A stretch of DNA of 63,933 bases, filler included, from Aduncisulcus paluster (Eukaryota), in assembly GCA_024181965.1 (NCBI GenBank). It is 37 parts of 37 records of this genome, joined end to end, with 100 filler letters (N's around TTAATTAATTAA, not from the genome) between each part and the next. Parts side by side here need not be neighbours in the genome. Positions count along the whole stretch, not along the records: positions 1 to 1,204 come from BQXS01002966.1; positions 1,305 to 4,493 come from BQXS01002970.1; positions 4,594 to 5,845 come from BQXS01002972.1; positions 5,946 to 7,247 come from BQXS01002978.1; positions 7,348 to 10,887 come from BQXS01002994.1; positions 10,988 to 13,531 come from BQXS01003001.1; 31 more parts are not named here. The stretch is one strand, 5' to 3'. The translations under genes and the position numbers were made by a program. The notes below the pieces were generated by a model. That model had not been told where the DNA came from. It did no database searches and saw only the letters and a program-made list of their open reading frames with translations. This document shows, in pieces, positions 1-11,074 of the stretch (position 1 is the stretch's first letter; each line of letters opens with the position of its first letter).

Positions 1-99
1 GCACAACAAACCCTGGGCTTCGGCGATCGCCACCCGAACCGGGCGCGGCGCCACCGCAGCCGCCGTGACTTTGGCCTGCTGCTCCTCGACCGAACGCAC
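1..99 (-). CDS. moeA: Molybdopterin molybdotransferase MoeA, N-terminal fragment (mycobacterial)
   Basis: GTG start gives MRSVEEQQAKVTAAAVAPRPVRVAIAEAQGLLC; directly downstream of galU as in mycobacteria. Confidence 0.85.
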   Translation of the reverse strand, partial: MRSVEEQQAKVTAAAVAPRPVRVAIAEAQGLLC

Positions 100-110
100 T
101 GGTGCCTTTC

Positions 111-962
111 TTACTCCGACTCCGGCAGCACGGTCGATTCCCGGCCAAGCCGCTCGACCAGCCACTCGCGCAAGCCCGGACCGTAATCGTCGCGGTCCAA
201 CGCAAAGTCAACAGCAGCCTTGAGATAGCCGCCGGGATTTCCCAGGTCGTGTCGGGATCCGCGATGCACCACAACATGCACCGGATGCCCCTCGTCGATC
301 AATAACGCGATGGCATCGGTGAGCTGCAACTCGCCGCCGGCACCCCGCGGGATGCGCTTGAGCGCGTCGAAAATCGCTCGATCCAGCAGGTAACGCCCGG
401 CCGCGGCGTAATTCGACGGCGCTTCCTCGGTCTTGGGCTTCTCAACCATCCCCTTGACGCGCAACACATTCGGGTTGGCGGCATCGGGAACGATCTCGAC
501 ATCGAAGGCGCCGTAGGCGCTGATCTCACTCGGCCGGACCTCGATGGCGCACAACACCGAACCGCCACGCTTGGCCCGCACCTTGGCCATGGTCTCGAGC
601 ACTCCGCGGGGCCACACCAGATCGTCGGGCAGCAGCACCGCAATGGCGTCCTCGTCGTCGTCCAGAACCGACNNNNNNNNNNNNNNNNNNNNCTTGCCGC
701 GCGCTTCCAGCGTGCCCTCGAGCACCAGGTCCTCGACAAAATGCGCGACGACCCCGTCCTTACCTTCGGAGGTGACGATCACCAGGCGCTCGGCGCCGGC
801 TTCGGCGGCCTCTTCGGCCACCAACTCGATTCCCGGGGTGTCAACCACCGGGAGTAGCTCTTTGGGCACGGTCTTGGTGGCCGGCAGGAACCGGGTGCCC
901 AAGCCAGCCGCGGGGACCACGGCAGTGCGCGGGATGGACACGTCAGGGGCCGTCATAGCCAC
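111..962 (-). CDS. galU: UTP--glucose-1-phosphate uridylyltransferase
   Basis: AVVPAAGLGTRFLPATKTVPKELLP, VEKP and GELQLTDAI motifs; internal N gap. Confidence 0.95.
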   Translation of the reverse strand: MAMTAPDVSIPRTAVVPAAGLGTRFLPATKTVPKELLPVVDTPGIELVAEEAAEAGAERLVIVTSEGKDGVVAHFVEDLVLEGTLEARGKXXXXXXXSVLDDDEDAIAVLLPDDLVWPRGVLETMAKVRAKRGGSVLCAIEVRPSEISAYGAFDVEIVPDAANPNVLRVKGMVEKPKTEEAPSNYAAAGRYLLDRAIFDALKRIPRGAGGELQLTDAIALLIDEGHPVHVVVHRGSRHDLGNPGGYLKAAVDFALDRDDYGPGLREWLVERLGRESTVLPESE

Positions 963-1015
963 TCACCCTAACCACTGACCCGGGAATTTCGCTGGCAAGG
1001 CGGTAGCGTCACGGT

Positions 1016-1204
1016 ATCGGCCATCCTCAGAGCACCCCAGAGAACATTAAGGACGCGCTGCGGCAACAGATTGTGCAGGCACGACGGGCCATATCGCCTG
1101 CCGAGCGCGAAAAACAGAACGACGCGCTCGCCGCGCATGTCGTGGCGGCGTCCGCGGGCCTTGCGGTGATCGCCGCGTACCTGCCGGTGGGATCCGAACC
1201 AGGG
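1016..1204 (+). CDS. 5-formyltetrahydrofolate cyclo-ligase, N-terminal fragment (start uncertain)
   Basis: KDALRQQIVQARRAI...AAYLPVGSEPG; divergent from galU as in mycobacteria. Confidence 0.75.
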
Positions 1205-1304
1205 NNNNNNNNNNNNNNNNNNNNNNNNNNNNNNNNNNNNNNNNNNNNTTAATTAATTAANNNNNNNNNNNNNNNNNNNNNNNNNNNNNNNNNNNNNNNN
1301 NNNN
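1205..1304. other. Artificial scaffold spacer N44-TTAATTAATTAA-N44 (first of 36 copies; the last is at 62803-62902)
   Basis: The same 100-nt spacer recurs throughout the window; GC content and gene content change abruptly across it. Confidence 0.98.
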
Positions 1305-1811
1305 TTGTGAGATATCTAAGTTTCCAAAGTATTTTATAATAGAGCTTATCAAAGCAAAAAGTTTATCATCAAAACGAAAAAGTTGTTGTAATTCACCATC
1401 TATTCGTATTCTTATAACAACACTATTGTTGAGTGCTTCAAAATGTATATCACTTGCGTTTTTTTCAATACTAAACGAAAACAACAGATCTATAAAATTA
1501 ATAATATATGAGTTCACACTATCTTTATGTATATTTTGTAACGAGCTTTGAGCTAAAATAAATAGTTTTTGTTTTAACTCAATATATTGCAATTCTGCCT
1601 TAATATATTTTTCTTCAACATATAAACATTTTAAAGGTTTTTGAAATATATCTACAAAATAGTGTAACTCTTCAACCGGAAAAGAGGATGCAACCAATAC
1701 AGACAATTCATCGTTTCTAATAGGGAGCATATTGTACTTATTTAACGCTTCTTGCGTTACTACTTCAACTAAAGAATAATCAATATTATAATCTAAAATT
1801 TTATTAGTCAT
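1305..1811 (-). CDS. GspE/PilB-family secretion ATPase, N-terminal fragment
   Basis: ASDIHFE...IRIRIDGEL motif. Confidence 0.9.
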
Positions 1812-2470
1812 AACTTACCTTTTCTGTCACTATTTGTTTTGTTATGAGATTTTTGAATTGTACTTTATCTTTAAAAATCAATAGTATTTTAAAGTTTCCC
1901 ACACTATCTCCTTCTTTATACCAAATGGCATCTATGAGTACCTCATTTGAAATTATTGCAGTGATTTTTAACTTTGTATCTACATTATTTACTTTTTGTT
2001 TTTTTAGTTTGTTCTGAAAAAAAGGATTGGGATTTTTTACTCTTTTCGTTGTCATTGGTGATTTATAAAAGTAGTTGGTATCAATCATTATATTCAAAAN
2101 NNNNNNNNNNNNNNNNNNNAAAATGATTTTCTATTGTGCTTAAAAATTCCATTATTTCAGAATGATTTGCTTCTGTTTTTACATACATACTTTTTTTGAG
2201 TATTTTAGACTCTAAAATAGTTGTATTCTTTTCACGGCTTAGAGTATCAATATAATTCATAAGTGAAATATCATTCATTCTAATATATGTATTTGCGTGT
2301 TTTTTAGCCTTTATCTTAGTATGAGTATTGGTACTCAAAGATTGAGGCTTTATATATGTAAAAATATCACTAGAAAACACAACAATAAAAGAATATAGTA
2401 TCATTACAATTATATAAATTTCTATTTTTTGCAAGGTTTTTAATGCTTGAAACTTACTTTTAATACTCAA
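1804..2470 (-). CDS. Type II secretion/type IV pilus accessory membrane protein (probably one gene split by an N gap)
   Basis: N-terminal transmembrane helix; C-terminal ITAIISNEVLID...GDSVGNFKI; overlaps its neighbours in an operon. Confidence 0.55.
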
Positions 2471-3346
2471 TTATCACATCCATACTATATAGCTTATTTT
2501 CAGTACTAAAAACCAATGACTTTAACTGTATATTCTTGTTATATTTATTCAAAAGTTTTAGTAAACTTTGCTTATTTGTATCATAAAGTGTTGTTTTTAT
2601 TTTGTTGTTTGTATAAGAGATTTTTTTTATATACATTGTATTTACTTCGATATAAGAAAAAAGTTCATGAGTTTTTTCAAAAGGTTTATTTAGTGGTGGA
2701 AATTTTTGTGTATAAGTTTTTGGTTTATCTTGTATCTCTTGATAAGTATTTTGTGTAAACTGATACATTAGAAACACCAACAATAGAAAAGAGCTTATTC
2801 CTAAATATACAGTAAAAACTACAAAAGATTTATCTTCATACAATGCTACTTCTAATTGATTATAAGCTTTGTATTTTTCCAGATCAAACTTNNNNNNNNN
2901 NNNNNNNNNNNCAGATCAAACTTATTTAACAAAGAAGATGGCACAATTAATACTTCAAAATCATCCAATTTATAAATTTGTTTTATATAATCTATAATCT
3001 CCTCATTTGAAGTGTTTGAAATATTTTTTAAGCACAACAATGATTCATTTTCAAATAGTGCAAAATAGTTATCTGTTATATACAAACTTTGAACTTTACT
3101 TCTTGAAAGAAGATAAGGCAAAATAAAAGGCTCTAAAATAATATCTTGAGTCGTTTTATCATATAAAAATATTTCATAAGTTGAGGAATGAGTTATATAA
3201 GTATAGTAAAAAAAGCTATTTTTGGTGTAACTAAGTTCGCTATTTAAAATATTTGTTCGTAAAAATTTAAAGAGATTTTTCTTGTGAATTTTTTCAGTGA
3301 CCTTAATGCTTAATGTGTTTATTTCACTAGCATTAAGGAGTTTCAT
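2460..3346 (-). CDS. Pilus/T2SS assembly-like membrane protein (probably one gene split by an N gap)
   Basis: ORFs 2852-3346 and 2460-2843 flank a gap with duplicated edges; central TM helix; lies upstream of the GspE gene. Confidence 0.5.
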
Positions 3347-3363
3347 TTTAAAACTTTACCGTT

Positions 3364-4251
3364 TTAGTCAAAGTTATATCCCATCTCACTTAAAGAGTTT
3401 TTATTTTTAGTCCACCCTTTTTTCACTGAAACAAAAAGTTCTAGGTAAACTTTCTTTTGAGTAAGTCTTTCTATTTTTTTTCGTGCATTGTAACCTATTC
3501 TTTTGATTGCAACTGCACCCTTACCGATGATCATCCCTTTTTGAGTAGATTTTTCTACAACAATAGTAGCTTTTATCACATCTACATTGTCTTTCTCTTC
3601 TACCCTATCAATTATAACATCTGCTTCATAAGGTATCTCATCAGAGATATTATCAAAAATTGATTCTCGTATAAACTCTCTATAAATCTCTCTTAAATGA
3701 GATGTCGTCATAATTTCAGTATCATAAAGTGGTGGTGATTCTGGTAAATGTTTTACAATAGCATCTAAGATATCTTTTTCCTTAGTTCCTTTTTTAATCG
3801 AAACGGGAATTAAAGATTCATATTTATCATCGAACTTCTTATACTCTTCAATTTTATCAAAAAGTTCAGTATCATTCACAAAATCTGTTTTTGTCAAAAG
3901 TAAAATGTGTTTTGTATTTTTTGTGTTCTTTACTAAAAAATCTTCATAATGCTTCACTTTATCTGTAACAGGTGCAAGATATAAAATCAAATCACAATCA
4001 CCAATCGCCTTTAGTGCTTCTTCTAGCATAAATTGATTTATCAGTTTTTCATTTTCATGGATACCTGGAGTATCTATAAACACAATTTGATCATCTTCAT
4101 TCATCACAATTACATTTGATCTTTTTCGTGTTGCATTTGCTTTATGTGAAACCATAGTTATCTTTTCACCAACTAGCCAGTTTAATAATGAACTTTTTCC
4201 TGCATTTGGTCTTCCCACCGTTGCTACAAATCCACATTTTGTATTTGTCAA
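3364..4251 (-). CDS. era: GTPase Era
   Basis: GRPNAGKS, DTPG, TKTD and KH-domain GMIIGKG motifs. Confidence 0.97.
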   Translation of the reverse strand: MTNTKCGFVATVGRPNAGKSSLLNWLVGEKITMVSHKANATRKRSNVIVMNEDDQIVFIDTPGIHENEKLINQFMLEEALKAIGDCDLILYLAPVTDKVKHYEDFLVKNTKNTKHILLLTKTDFVNDTELFDKIEEYKKFDDKYESLIPVSIKKGTKEKDILDAIVKHLPESPPLYDTEIMTTSHLREIYREFIRESIFDNISDEIPYEADVIIDRVEEKDNVDVIKATIVVEKSTQKGMIIGKGAVAIKRIGYNARKKIERLTQKKVYLELFVSVKKGWTKNKNSLSEMGYNFD

Positions 4252-4348
4252 ATTTTTTCCTTTTTCTTTTACTGTTTATTAGTTTTCCGTCAAACAATTT
4301 ATTTTATTTTAAATACTTTGAAATATATATTATTATACAATACTTTTA

Positions 4349-4493
4349 ATGAAAGATAAACTATTTGAAAAACCAATAAAAAAACAATTTGAATTTGATG
4401 AGGATGTTGCATCTGTATTTGACGATATGCTTAGCCGTTCAGTTCCTCACTATGAAGATATGCTAAATCTCACAACTGCTTTTGCTTTGAAGT
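4349..4493 (+). CDS. cmoA: Carboxy-SAM synthase CmoA, N-terminal fragment
   Basis: [22 protein letters not shown]. Confidence 0.9.
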
Positions 4494-4593
4494 NNNNNNN
4501 NNNNNNNNNNNNNNNNNNNNNNNNNNNNNNNNNNNNNTTAATTAATTAANNNNNNNNNNNNNNNNNNNNNNNNNNNNNNNNNNNNNNNNNNNN

Positions 4594-4920
4594 AATGAGC
4601 AGGCTTTCTATAACCATCTTGGTGGTGACCGCGAACTAGCGATTGAGATATTAAAAGTATATGTGGTGGATGCGCCTGCACGTACAGAATCCTTAGCCGA
4701 AGCTGTAAAAAATGGAGATCAGGCACTTGCTGTGAAATATTCACATGCATTAAAGGGAATTTCCGCCACGATCAGAGCTGGTGGCATTGCACTGCTAGCT
4801 GAAAAAATAGAAATGTGTTCGCGAAAAGGCGATCTAGAAAAAGCAAAGCATTTGATGCCAAAAGTATATATAGAGCTCGATGCCGTTCTTGCAGCGGTTC
4901 GGAAACACCTAACCAACTAG
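4594..4920 (+). CDS. Hpt (histidine phosphotransfer) domain, C-terminal fragment
   Basis: LGGDRELAIEIL...SHALKGISATIRA. Confidence 0.85.
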   Translation, partial: NEQAFYNHLGGDRELAIEILKVYVVDAPARTESLAEAVKNGDQALAVKYSHALKGISATIRAGGIALLAEKIEMCSRKGDLEKAKHLMPKVYIELDAVLAAVRKHLTN

Positions 4921-5096
4921 TGGTTGTGGTGGATGCTGTTTCGTGAATATAATGCAAATTGTAACTTAAACGCCAATTTTGTGCTGTAAACAGAATGTAC
5001 TGAGGGGCATACGATAGTTAAAGGAATGTTAGTGTTATTATTATTTCTTGAATCGTATTGAGGTTGTAGTTGAGTTTGGCAAATAGGAGATATCAA

Positions 5097-5845
5097 ATGT
5101 TTAAAAATTTGAAGCTCGGGTGGAAAATTGGCGGGGGATTTGTTGTTGTTCTGCTGCTGACAGCTGTTGTTGGTGTTGTTGGGTGGTACTGATTATCTAA
5201 AGTTGCAGATGAAACAAAGCGTACGGATGTTGTCAGTGAAGCCGCTGCTGATATGTATAATTCCAGATTGATGGTTCTTTATTACACTTTGCGGGGAAGC
5301 GCTGAATATGAAGATAAATTTCACAGTTCTATCGGTGAAATAGGAAAGAATTTATCTGCCAATACGGATATTTTTTCAGGTAAAGGGCTTAAGAATATTA
5401 CTGATGTTGCCGGTAAGGCTGCAAAGTATGGTGAAATATTTGATCGTTACGCTCAGTATGAGCAGGAAAAAAATGAGGCCATAAGCAATTGTGGTGCAGC
5501 CGTTACAAATTTAGACAAAGTCGTGTCTAAAATTGAAGAGCGCGCAAGCACAGCCATGAAACATGGGATGAGCACAACCTCTGTCGGTCAGGATATGGCC
5601 AGTTTGTTTAATGCTTATTCAACCATTTCGGAGCTGGAGAAAACATTTATAACCAGCCGATTTACTTTTTCCAACTATCTTCGCACTGGAGAAGATGAAT
5701 ATGTAGAACAGACCCGCTCTTTGCTGAATGCAGTAATCAACCAGTGCGATGAGTTCCGCGGAAACAGTTGGGTTGCCTCTAATTCTGATCTGGATGTCAG
5801 TGGTCTTGAAAAGGCCGCACGTGAGTATCTGGACGGATTCAATTC
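5097..5845 (+). pseudogene. Methyl-accepting chemotaxis protein N-terminus with an in-frame TGA at 5190-5192
   Basis: AGGAGA Shine-Dalgarno, then MFKNLKLGWKIGGGFVVVLLLTAVVGVVGWY*LSKV..., in frame with ORF 5253; periplasmic helical sensor region. Confidence 0.65.
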
Positions 5846-6004
5846 NNNNNNNNNNNNNNNNNNNNNNNNNNNNNNNNNNNNNNNNNNNNTTAATTAATTA
5901 ANNNNNNNNNNNNNNNNNNNNNNNNNNNNNNNNNNNNNNNNNNNNGCAACAAAGAAATACCTCAGCAAGAGCCTTGTATGACTCTTAATACAAGTTTTCT
6001 AATA

Positions 6005-7115
6005 CTATATAAACTCAACTTTAACTTTATGTTTATCTAGCCCAATTTTTGAAGTATCTTTCTCACCCAAAAGTAACATCTCAAATTCTTTTTGAATAAT
6101 TACTGGTAACTTTATCTCTCTATTTATTATAGTTTCTATCTTACTTTGCTTTGCATCAAAAATAGCTAAATCTTCTTCATCTTTCACGATTAAAAAATCT
6201 GCATTTTTATCTTTTGCTTCAAGTAATACTGCTCCCGCTATTTTAAGAGAAAACTCTTTATTTACAAGTGATGAGTTAAAAGCTAAATCATATCTTCTAG
6301 AATCCAAGTGAAGATAAGTAGCCCTACTTTTAGAAATAACTTTTCTAAATAGACACCCCTCTTTATTATATAAAGCTATATTAAAACCTTTAAAGTACTG
6401 AGTTATTTCAATATTTTCATTTATATCACTTTTTTTCCTTGCGCTATTTTGTAAATTCTTATATGTTTTTATTTTTGATAAAAGTTTTTCATATACTGAT
6501 TCAACATCATATTTATTTTGAAATAATCGTGCTTTTAAAGAAGTGTGATATAAAATACCTGTATCTTTATTTGTGATAATGTCTAAAATAGCTTTTTCAT
6601 GTATAGCATTTTTTACAATAATATCATTTGCTATGAGTAAACAATGATCGCCAATATACTCTTTATTTATAATCATAGAAAGTGATGAGTAGTACTCTNN
6701 NNNNNNNNNNNNNNNNNNNNNNNNNNNNNNNNNNNNNNNNNNNNNNNNNNNNNNNNNNNNNNNNNNNNNNNNNNNNNNNNNNNNNNNNNNNNNNNNNNNN
6801 NNNNNNNGTATCGATAATCAAATCATTTGTAACTCGATATAAACTAATAGGCTCTATTTGTAACTCTTTTCCAACTTTATTTACAACATCACTTACTAAG
6901 ATATCTGCACTAAAAAAATAATTATTTATTTTAACATTACATTTTTCAAAAGACTCATAAGAAAAACTTTCATAGCTATTTATTTTATTTAAAATATCAT
7001 ATATAGATTCGTCTTGAGTATACTCTATATTATAAGTTTTATAGTATGGTAAATAGTCAACACTATGATTGAACTTAAATAATTTAATCTCTAAAGTATC
7101 AAGATTCTTATTCAT
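6005..7115 (-). CDS. Campylobacterota protein with an FrdB/SdhB-like N-domain and HdrB-like C-domain, both Cys-poor (DUF5644-like)
   Basis: IEPISLYRVTNDLIID resembles the end of Fer2_3; AKDKNADFLIV...FDAKQSKI...LPVI resembles the HdrB C-terminus; split by a gap. Confidence 0.6.
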
Positions 7116-7347
7116 TGAATATATCCTTCTATATTTTTTATCATTATACCTTTTTTAAACTCAGACTTTCCTAGTATTTATATACTAATAATCTATCTAT
7201 CCCAACCAACTTGATTGAACATTTTTACAGCCTCAGTATTTTTATTANNNNNNNNNNNNNNNNNNNNNNNNNNNNNNNNNNNNNNNNNNNNTTAATTAAT
7301 TAANNNNNNNNNNNNNNNNNNNNNNNNNNNNNNNNNNNNNNNNNNNN

Positions 7348-7773
7348 ATGAGAGTTCCGGGGAAATGGACATGAGAGACAGTTCAGGTGCTTCCATGTTC
7401 AAGACCAACAGGTTCTCACATTTCTTGGCAAGGGCTGGGAAAGCAATTGGAGTGGGGCTTGCCTCCTCTTATTTGGCTTACCTGGGCTACGCTGAGAAGC
7501 ACAAGCTGAGTCTTGGAGCATTATGGTAATCCTTAGAATTACAACTTAATTCTTTCACAAACCAAATGTTTGACAAATAAGGCTATGAATATAAACTCCA
7601 ACCCACCCGAACATAATCATCATCCCACAGCAACCAATTTCAGTCCCACCCTAATGACCCGTCACAAACTTTCCTAATATATACTTTATTCCGCATTGGG
7701 TGATTTGGAACAATACGAACACCATAAATCTTTATTAGAATATGCTAATCACAATTGAATAAACCCCCCCGAG
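7348..7773 (+). mobile_element. Possible 3' end of a non-LTR retrotransposon (ORF end at 7529 plus 3' UTR)
   Basis: ORF tail ...FSHFLARAGKAIGVGLASSYL...LW*; UTR ends AATAAA-CCCCCCC-GAG and abuts a truncated gene copy. Confidence 0.35.
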
Positions 7774-8231
7774 TCAAATACTTTTGGAAAGAGAATTTTG
7801 AAAACTTTCAAAAAAAGAACAGCATCGCCAAACTCATTCCAGTTTACAATAGGAGTTGTTGCTTTCGAGATCTTGGAAAACCACGAAAACAATTCTCTTG
7901 GTCCGATTGTTTGCATTTTGCAGCGAAAGACAGAAAAAAAAAAAATATCAGTCGGATTGTTCAATATTTAATATTTTTGGAGTAAAAATAACAATTTTAA
8001 TCTCACGCAATATAGAATATACATATTGAGGTGGAAATTTTACTTCTGAATCACAACTAGGCCATTCATGAATGAAACCAGAGAAAAACAATGATCCAAC
8101 AATAATACATACAAATAAAAATGCAGATGAAAAAAGTATAATGATATTGAACCCTGAAAAGAAACGAAATAAACAGGATCAAGGTAGACAGTCCGACGGT
8201 ATGGTATTGTCTGAGACTTAGTGGACTCCAC
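7774..8231. repeat. 458-bp direct repeat, copy 1 (copy 2 at 8743-9200)
   Basis: The two copies match by eye from TCAAATACTTTTGG to GTGGACTCCAC. Confidence 0.92.
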
Positions 8232-8251
8232 NNNNNNNNNNNNNNNNNNNN

Positions 8252-8885
8252 AAGCAGCGGATGAAGGATTCTTAGAACCGACAGAAAGAGAGCGTTTGTG
8301 ACGTCTTTCGCGTGGTTGAGATGGAGATCTACGAGAGTGACTTTTGCTACGACGAGAAGAAGCTGATTGAGTTGACGCAGCAGGTTGAGGTTGTTGCTGA
8401 GACCAATGTTGGTTGACGGTCTCAGAATATTCACTTCCACCATTGATAAGACATTCGACAGAAGCTGGGGATTGCAAAAATGTGGCTAAGGAAGTTGAGA
8501 CGGGGAAAGAAAAATCGGCCGAAAATGAGAGATCTATCATCAAATGGTATAAAAAATAAAGCATGACAGCAAAATTATAGCATGAATGTTCTTCTCCTCT
8601 TCGGATATTTGGATTCAGAATCTCTAAAGGAATAGAACTATCAGACATTACAGATCTAACGACTTCCCAATTTTGTGTAACTTGTGGATCTTTTTCTACA
8701 TCATAATATGATGGGTTCCAAAAAACTTTTGATGAATATGGTTCAAATACTTTTGGAAAGAGAATTTTGAAAACTTTCAAAAAAAGAACAGCATCGCCAA
8801 ACTCATTCCAGTTTACAATAGGAGTTGTTGCTTTCGAGATCTTGGAAAACCACGAAAACAATTCTCTTGGTCCGATTGTTTGCAT
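8252..8885 (-). CDS. Eukaryotic calponin-homology (EB1/CH-like) domain protein with an S/R-rich tail, 3' partial
   Basis: ELFSWFSKI...FGDAVLFLKVFKILFP...QNWEVVRSVM pattern, followed by low-complexity SRRSPS. Confidence 0.55.
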
Positions 8886-9308
8886 TTTGCAGCGAAAGAC
8901 AGAAAAAAAAAAAATATCAGTCGGATTGTTCAATATTTAATATTTTTGGAGTAAAAATAACAATTTTAATCTCACGCAATATAGAATATACATATTGAGG
9001 TGGAAATTTTACTTCTGAATCACAACTAGGCCATTCATGAATGAAACCAGAGAAAAACAATGATCCAACAATAATACATACAAATAAAAATGCAGATGAA
9101 AAAAGTATAATGATATTGAACCCTGAAAAGAAACGAAATAAACAGGATCAAGGTAGACAGTCCGACGGTATGGTATTGTCTGAGACTTAGTGGACTCCAC
9201 GACAACGGTGAAAAAAATATGATTTTGGTTAAATGGGAATGTAGATCACTTCCTCTAAATATTTTGTAGTCAACAAGAAGTTAGACCACAACATAGAGAC
9301 ATGTGGAG

Positions 9309-9809
9309 TTAAAGGCTGAAAAATGAGAGAAACTCTTCTTTTGTAATTTCTCCATCTCCATCGGTATCTAAAAGTGTAAGAATATCTATCATACTAACAC
9401 TTTTCTCGGAAGTAGAGAGGAAACTGCGCATGAATCGCAGGAAGAATTCGACTTCGGATATTTCTAAAACTCCATTTCCATCATCATCTAATGTCTCAAA
9501 TAAATCGTGAACAATCAGAGATAATTCGATTTTTGAACGAGCTTGAGAGAGAGAGTTGAGTAGAATAAAAGTGCCAGATAATGCTTTAACCTCTTCCTTT
9601 GAGAGTTTTCCATCGCCATTAGCATCAAAATATACAATTAAATCTTGCATTAATGAATATAATCGCGAATCAGATAGTCCCATAGCATCTCTCAAGAGAG
9701 AGAGTTCTCCGTATTCAATCCAACCGGATTTATCCACATCAGCTTTCAAAAATGCATCATCAACAAGTTTTTGAAGTTCAGCTGTATCGAGTTTCTTTAG
9801 TAATTTCAT
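9309..9809 (-). CDS. Four-EF-hand calcium-binding protein (eukaryotic)
   Basis: DVDKSGWIEYGE, DANGDGKLSKEE, DDDGNGVLEISE and DTDGDGEITKEE loops. Confidence 0.92.
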   Translation of the reverse strand: MKLLKKLDTAELQKLVDDAFLKADVDKSGWIEYGELSLLRDAMGLSDSRLYSLMQDLIVYFDANGDGKLSKEEVKALSGTFILLNSLSQARSKIELSLIVHDLFETLDDDGNGVLEISEVEFFLRFMRSFLSTSEKSVSMIDILTLLDTDGDGEITKEEFLSFFSL

Positions 9810-10151
9810 ATGTGTCAAGAAAAGTGCTCCTTGATGTGATCACCGTGATTTGAATGACTTTCTGTCAATTTATTGGGATATTTAAGAATCCATATATATT
9901 TATGTGGTATTTTAATGATATATTCATTGTATGCTTTGTTAATCGTGGAAATTCAACTTCAGGTTCTCGCTAGATCTAAATTCAGAGATGATTGGGTTGG
10001 TTGAAAGGAATGAAATAGAAGAGTACAGTATAACAAAGATGTGTAAGTTATTATTTTCGGTAACGCCCTAGAAGAAATTATTCATTTTTGAGAAATTGCC
10101 CAATTCCATTCTATGTTGTTTGATCAACGAATAATTTTCAAAACACATAAA

Positions 10152-10887
10152 ATGGCAGGAATATTGGATCCTCTTGCAGATCTATTCCTTTTATCGCAAC
10201 ATAAGATAAGCAAACTAGTTAAAACCACACAATCATCTACCGCTGCTCAAAAAAAGAAAATCTTTGAAGAAAACAGGAAAAAATTGTTAGAAATTTATAC
10301 AAAAAATGAATCTCGTCGTTCTTATCATCGAGATCGGAAACGTGTGGTGATGGCTACTGTGTTGCTCTCTCAAATTATGTGTACTGATATTGATGGAAAA
10401 CATGTTTTTGTTGACATTCATACAATGAATGATATTTTTAAAACGTTTATCCCTCATATTGTTAAAGCTGAAATAGATATTGGAGTTGAGTTGACTGAAT
10501 GGTTATATTGCATCTGTTGGAGTTATTCCTTTGTGAACAAAAAAAATATGACCTCATTGTTTGAGCTCATTGCACCCTCTTTGAGAACCATAATGGCATA
10601 CGGTGTTAAAGTCACTCTTGAAGTCCAATCTGTGACATATGTCCTTGCCACATGTGAACAGATTGTTAAGAGTGCCTCCTCAAAAATAAGAGACGAAATT
10701 TTAACTGTCATTAGAGCGCATATTCTTGTTTGGCTGAAGAAATACGACTTCCATACTGTTATGATTTCTGGGATGATTATCTTGAGTAATCTCACATGCC
10801 ATAGTGGGGATTCTGATGATAAATCCCACATAACACGCTGTAGAACTTTATTTCCTTTGTTTAATGACGTTTTAAAGCTCATTGATA
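10152..10887 (+). CDS. Eukaryotic hypothetical helical (ARM-like) protein, 3' partial
   Basis: Long uninterrupted ORF with amphipathic helices. Confidence 0.6.
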
Positions 10888-10987
10888 NNNNNNNNNNNNN
10901 NNNNNNNNNNNNNNNNNNNNNNNNNNNNNNNTTAATTAATTAANNNNNNNNNNNNNNNNNNNNNNNNNNNNNNNNNNNNNNNNNNNN

Positions 10988-11074
10988 GGAGTTGATCATG
11001 TTAACAAGCTCGTACTTATCAAGACAGAAAGCAAAAGCCATGAAGGCAGCGATGAGAACAGCAGCGAATTTCAT
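10988..11074 (-). CDS. Secreted protein N-terminus, possibly a cathepsin B-like cysteine protease
   Basis: MKFAAVLIAAFMAFAFC signal peptide, then LDKYELVNMINS, which resembles a cathepsin B propeptide. Confidence 0.5.

Noticed and set aside
1249-1260. Recurring TTAATTAATTAA as a biological repeat or CRISPR-like array
   Set aside because: It is always centred in 88 Ns, so it is an artificial six-frame-stop linker. ORFs ending in ...LIN or ...N are artefacts of it.
2880-2923. Short duplications flanking internal N gaps (also at about 14317/14366, 21537/21690, 33625/33805 and 39627/39754)
   Set aside because: These are unmerged contig overlaps in scaffolding, not target-site duplications. The apparent frameshifts across these gaps are not real.
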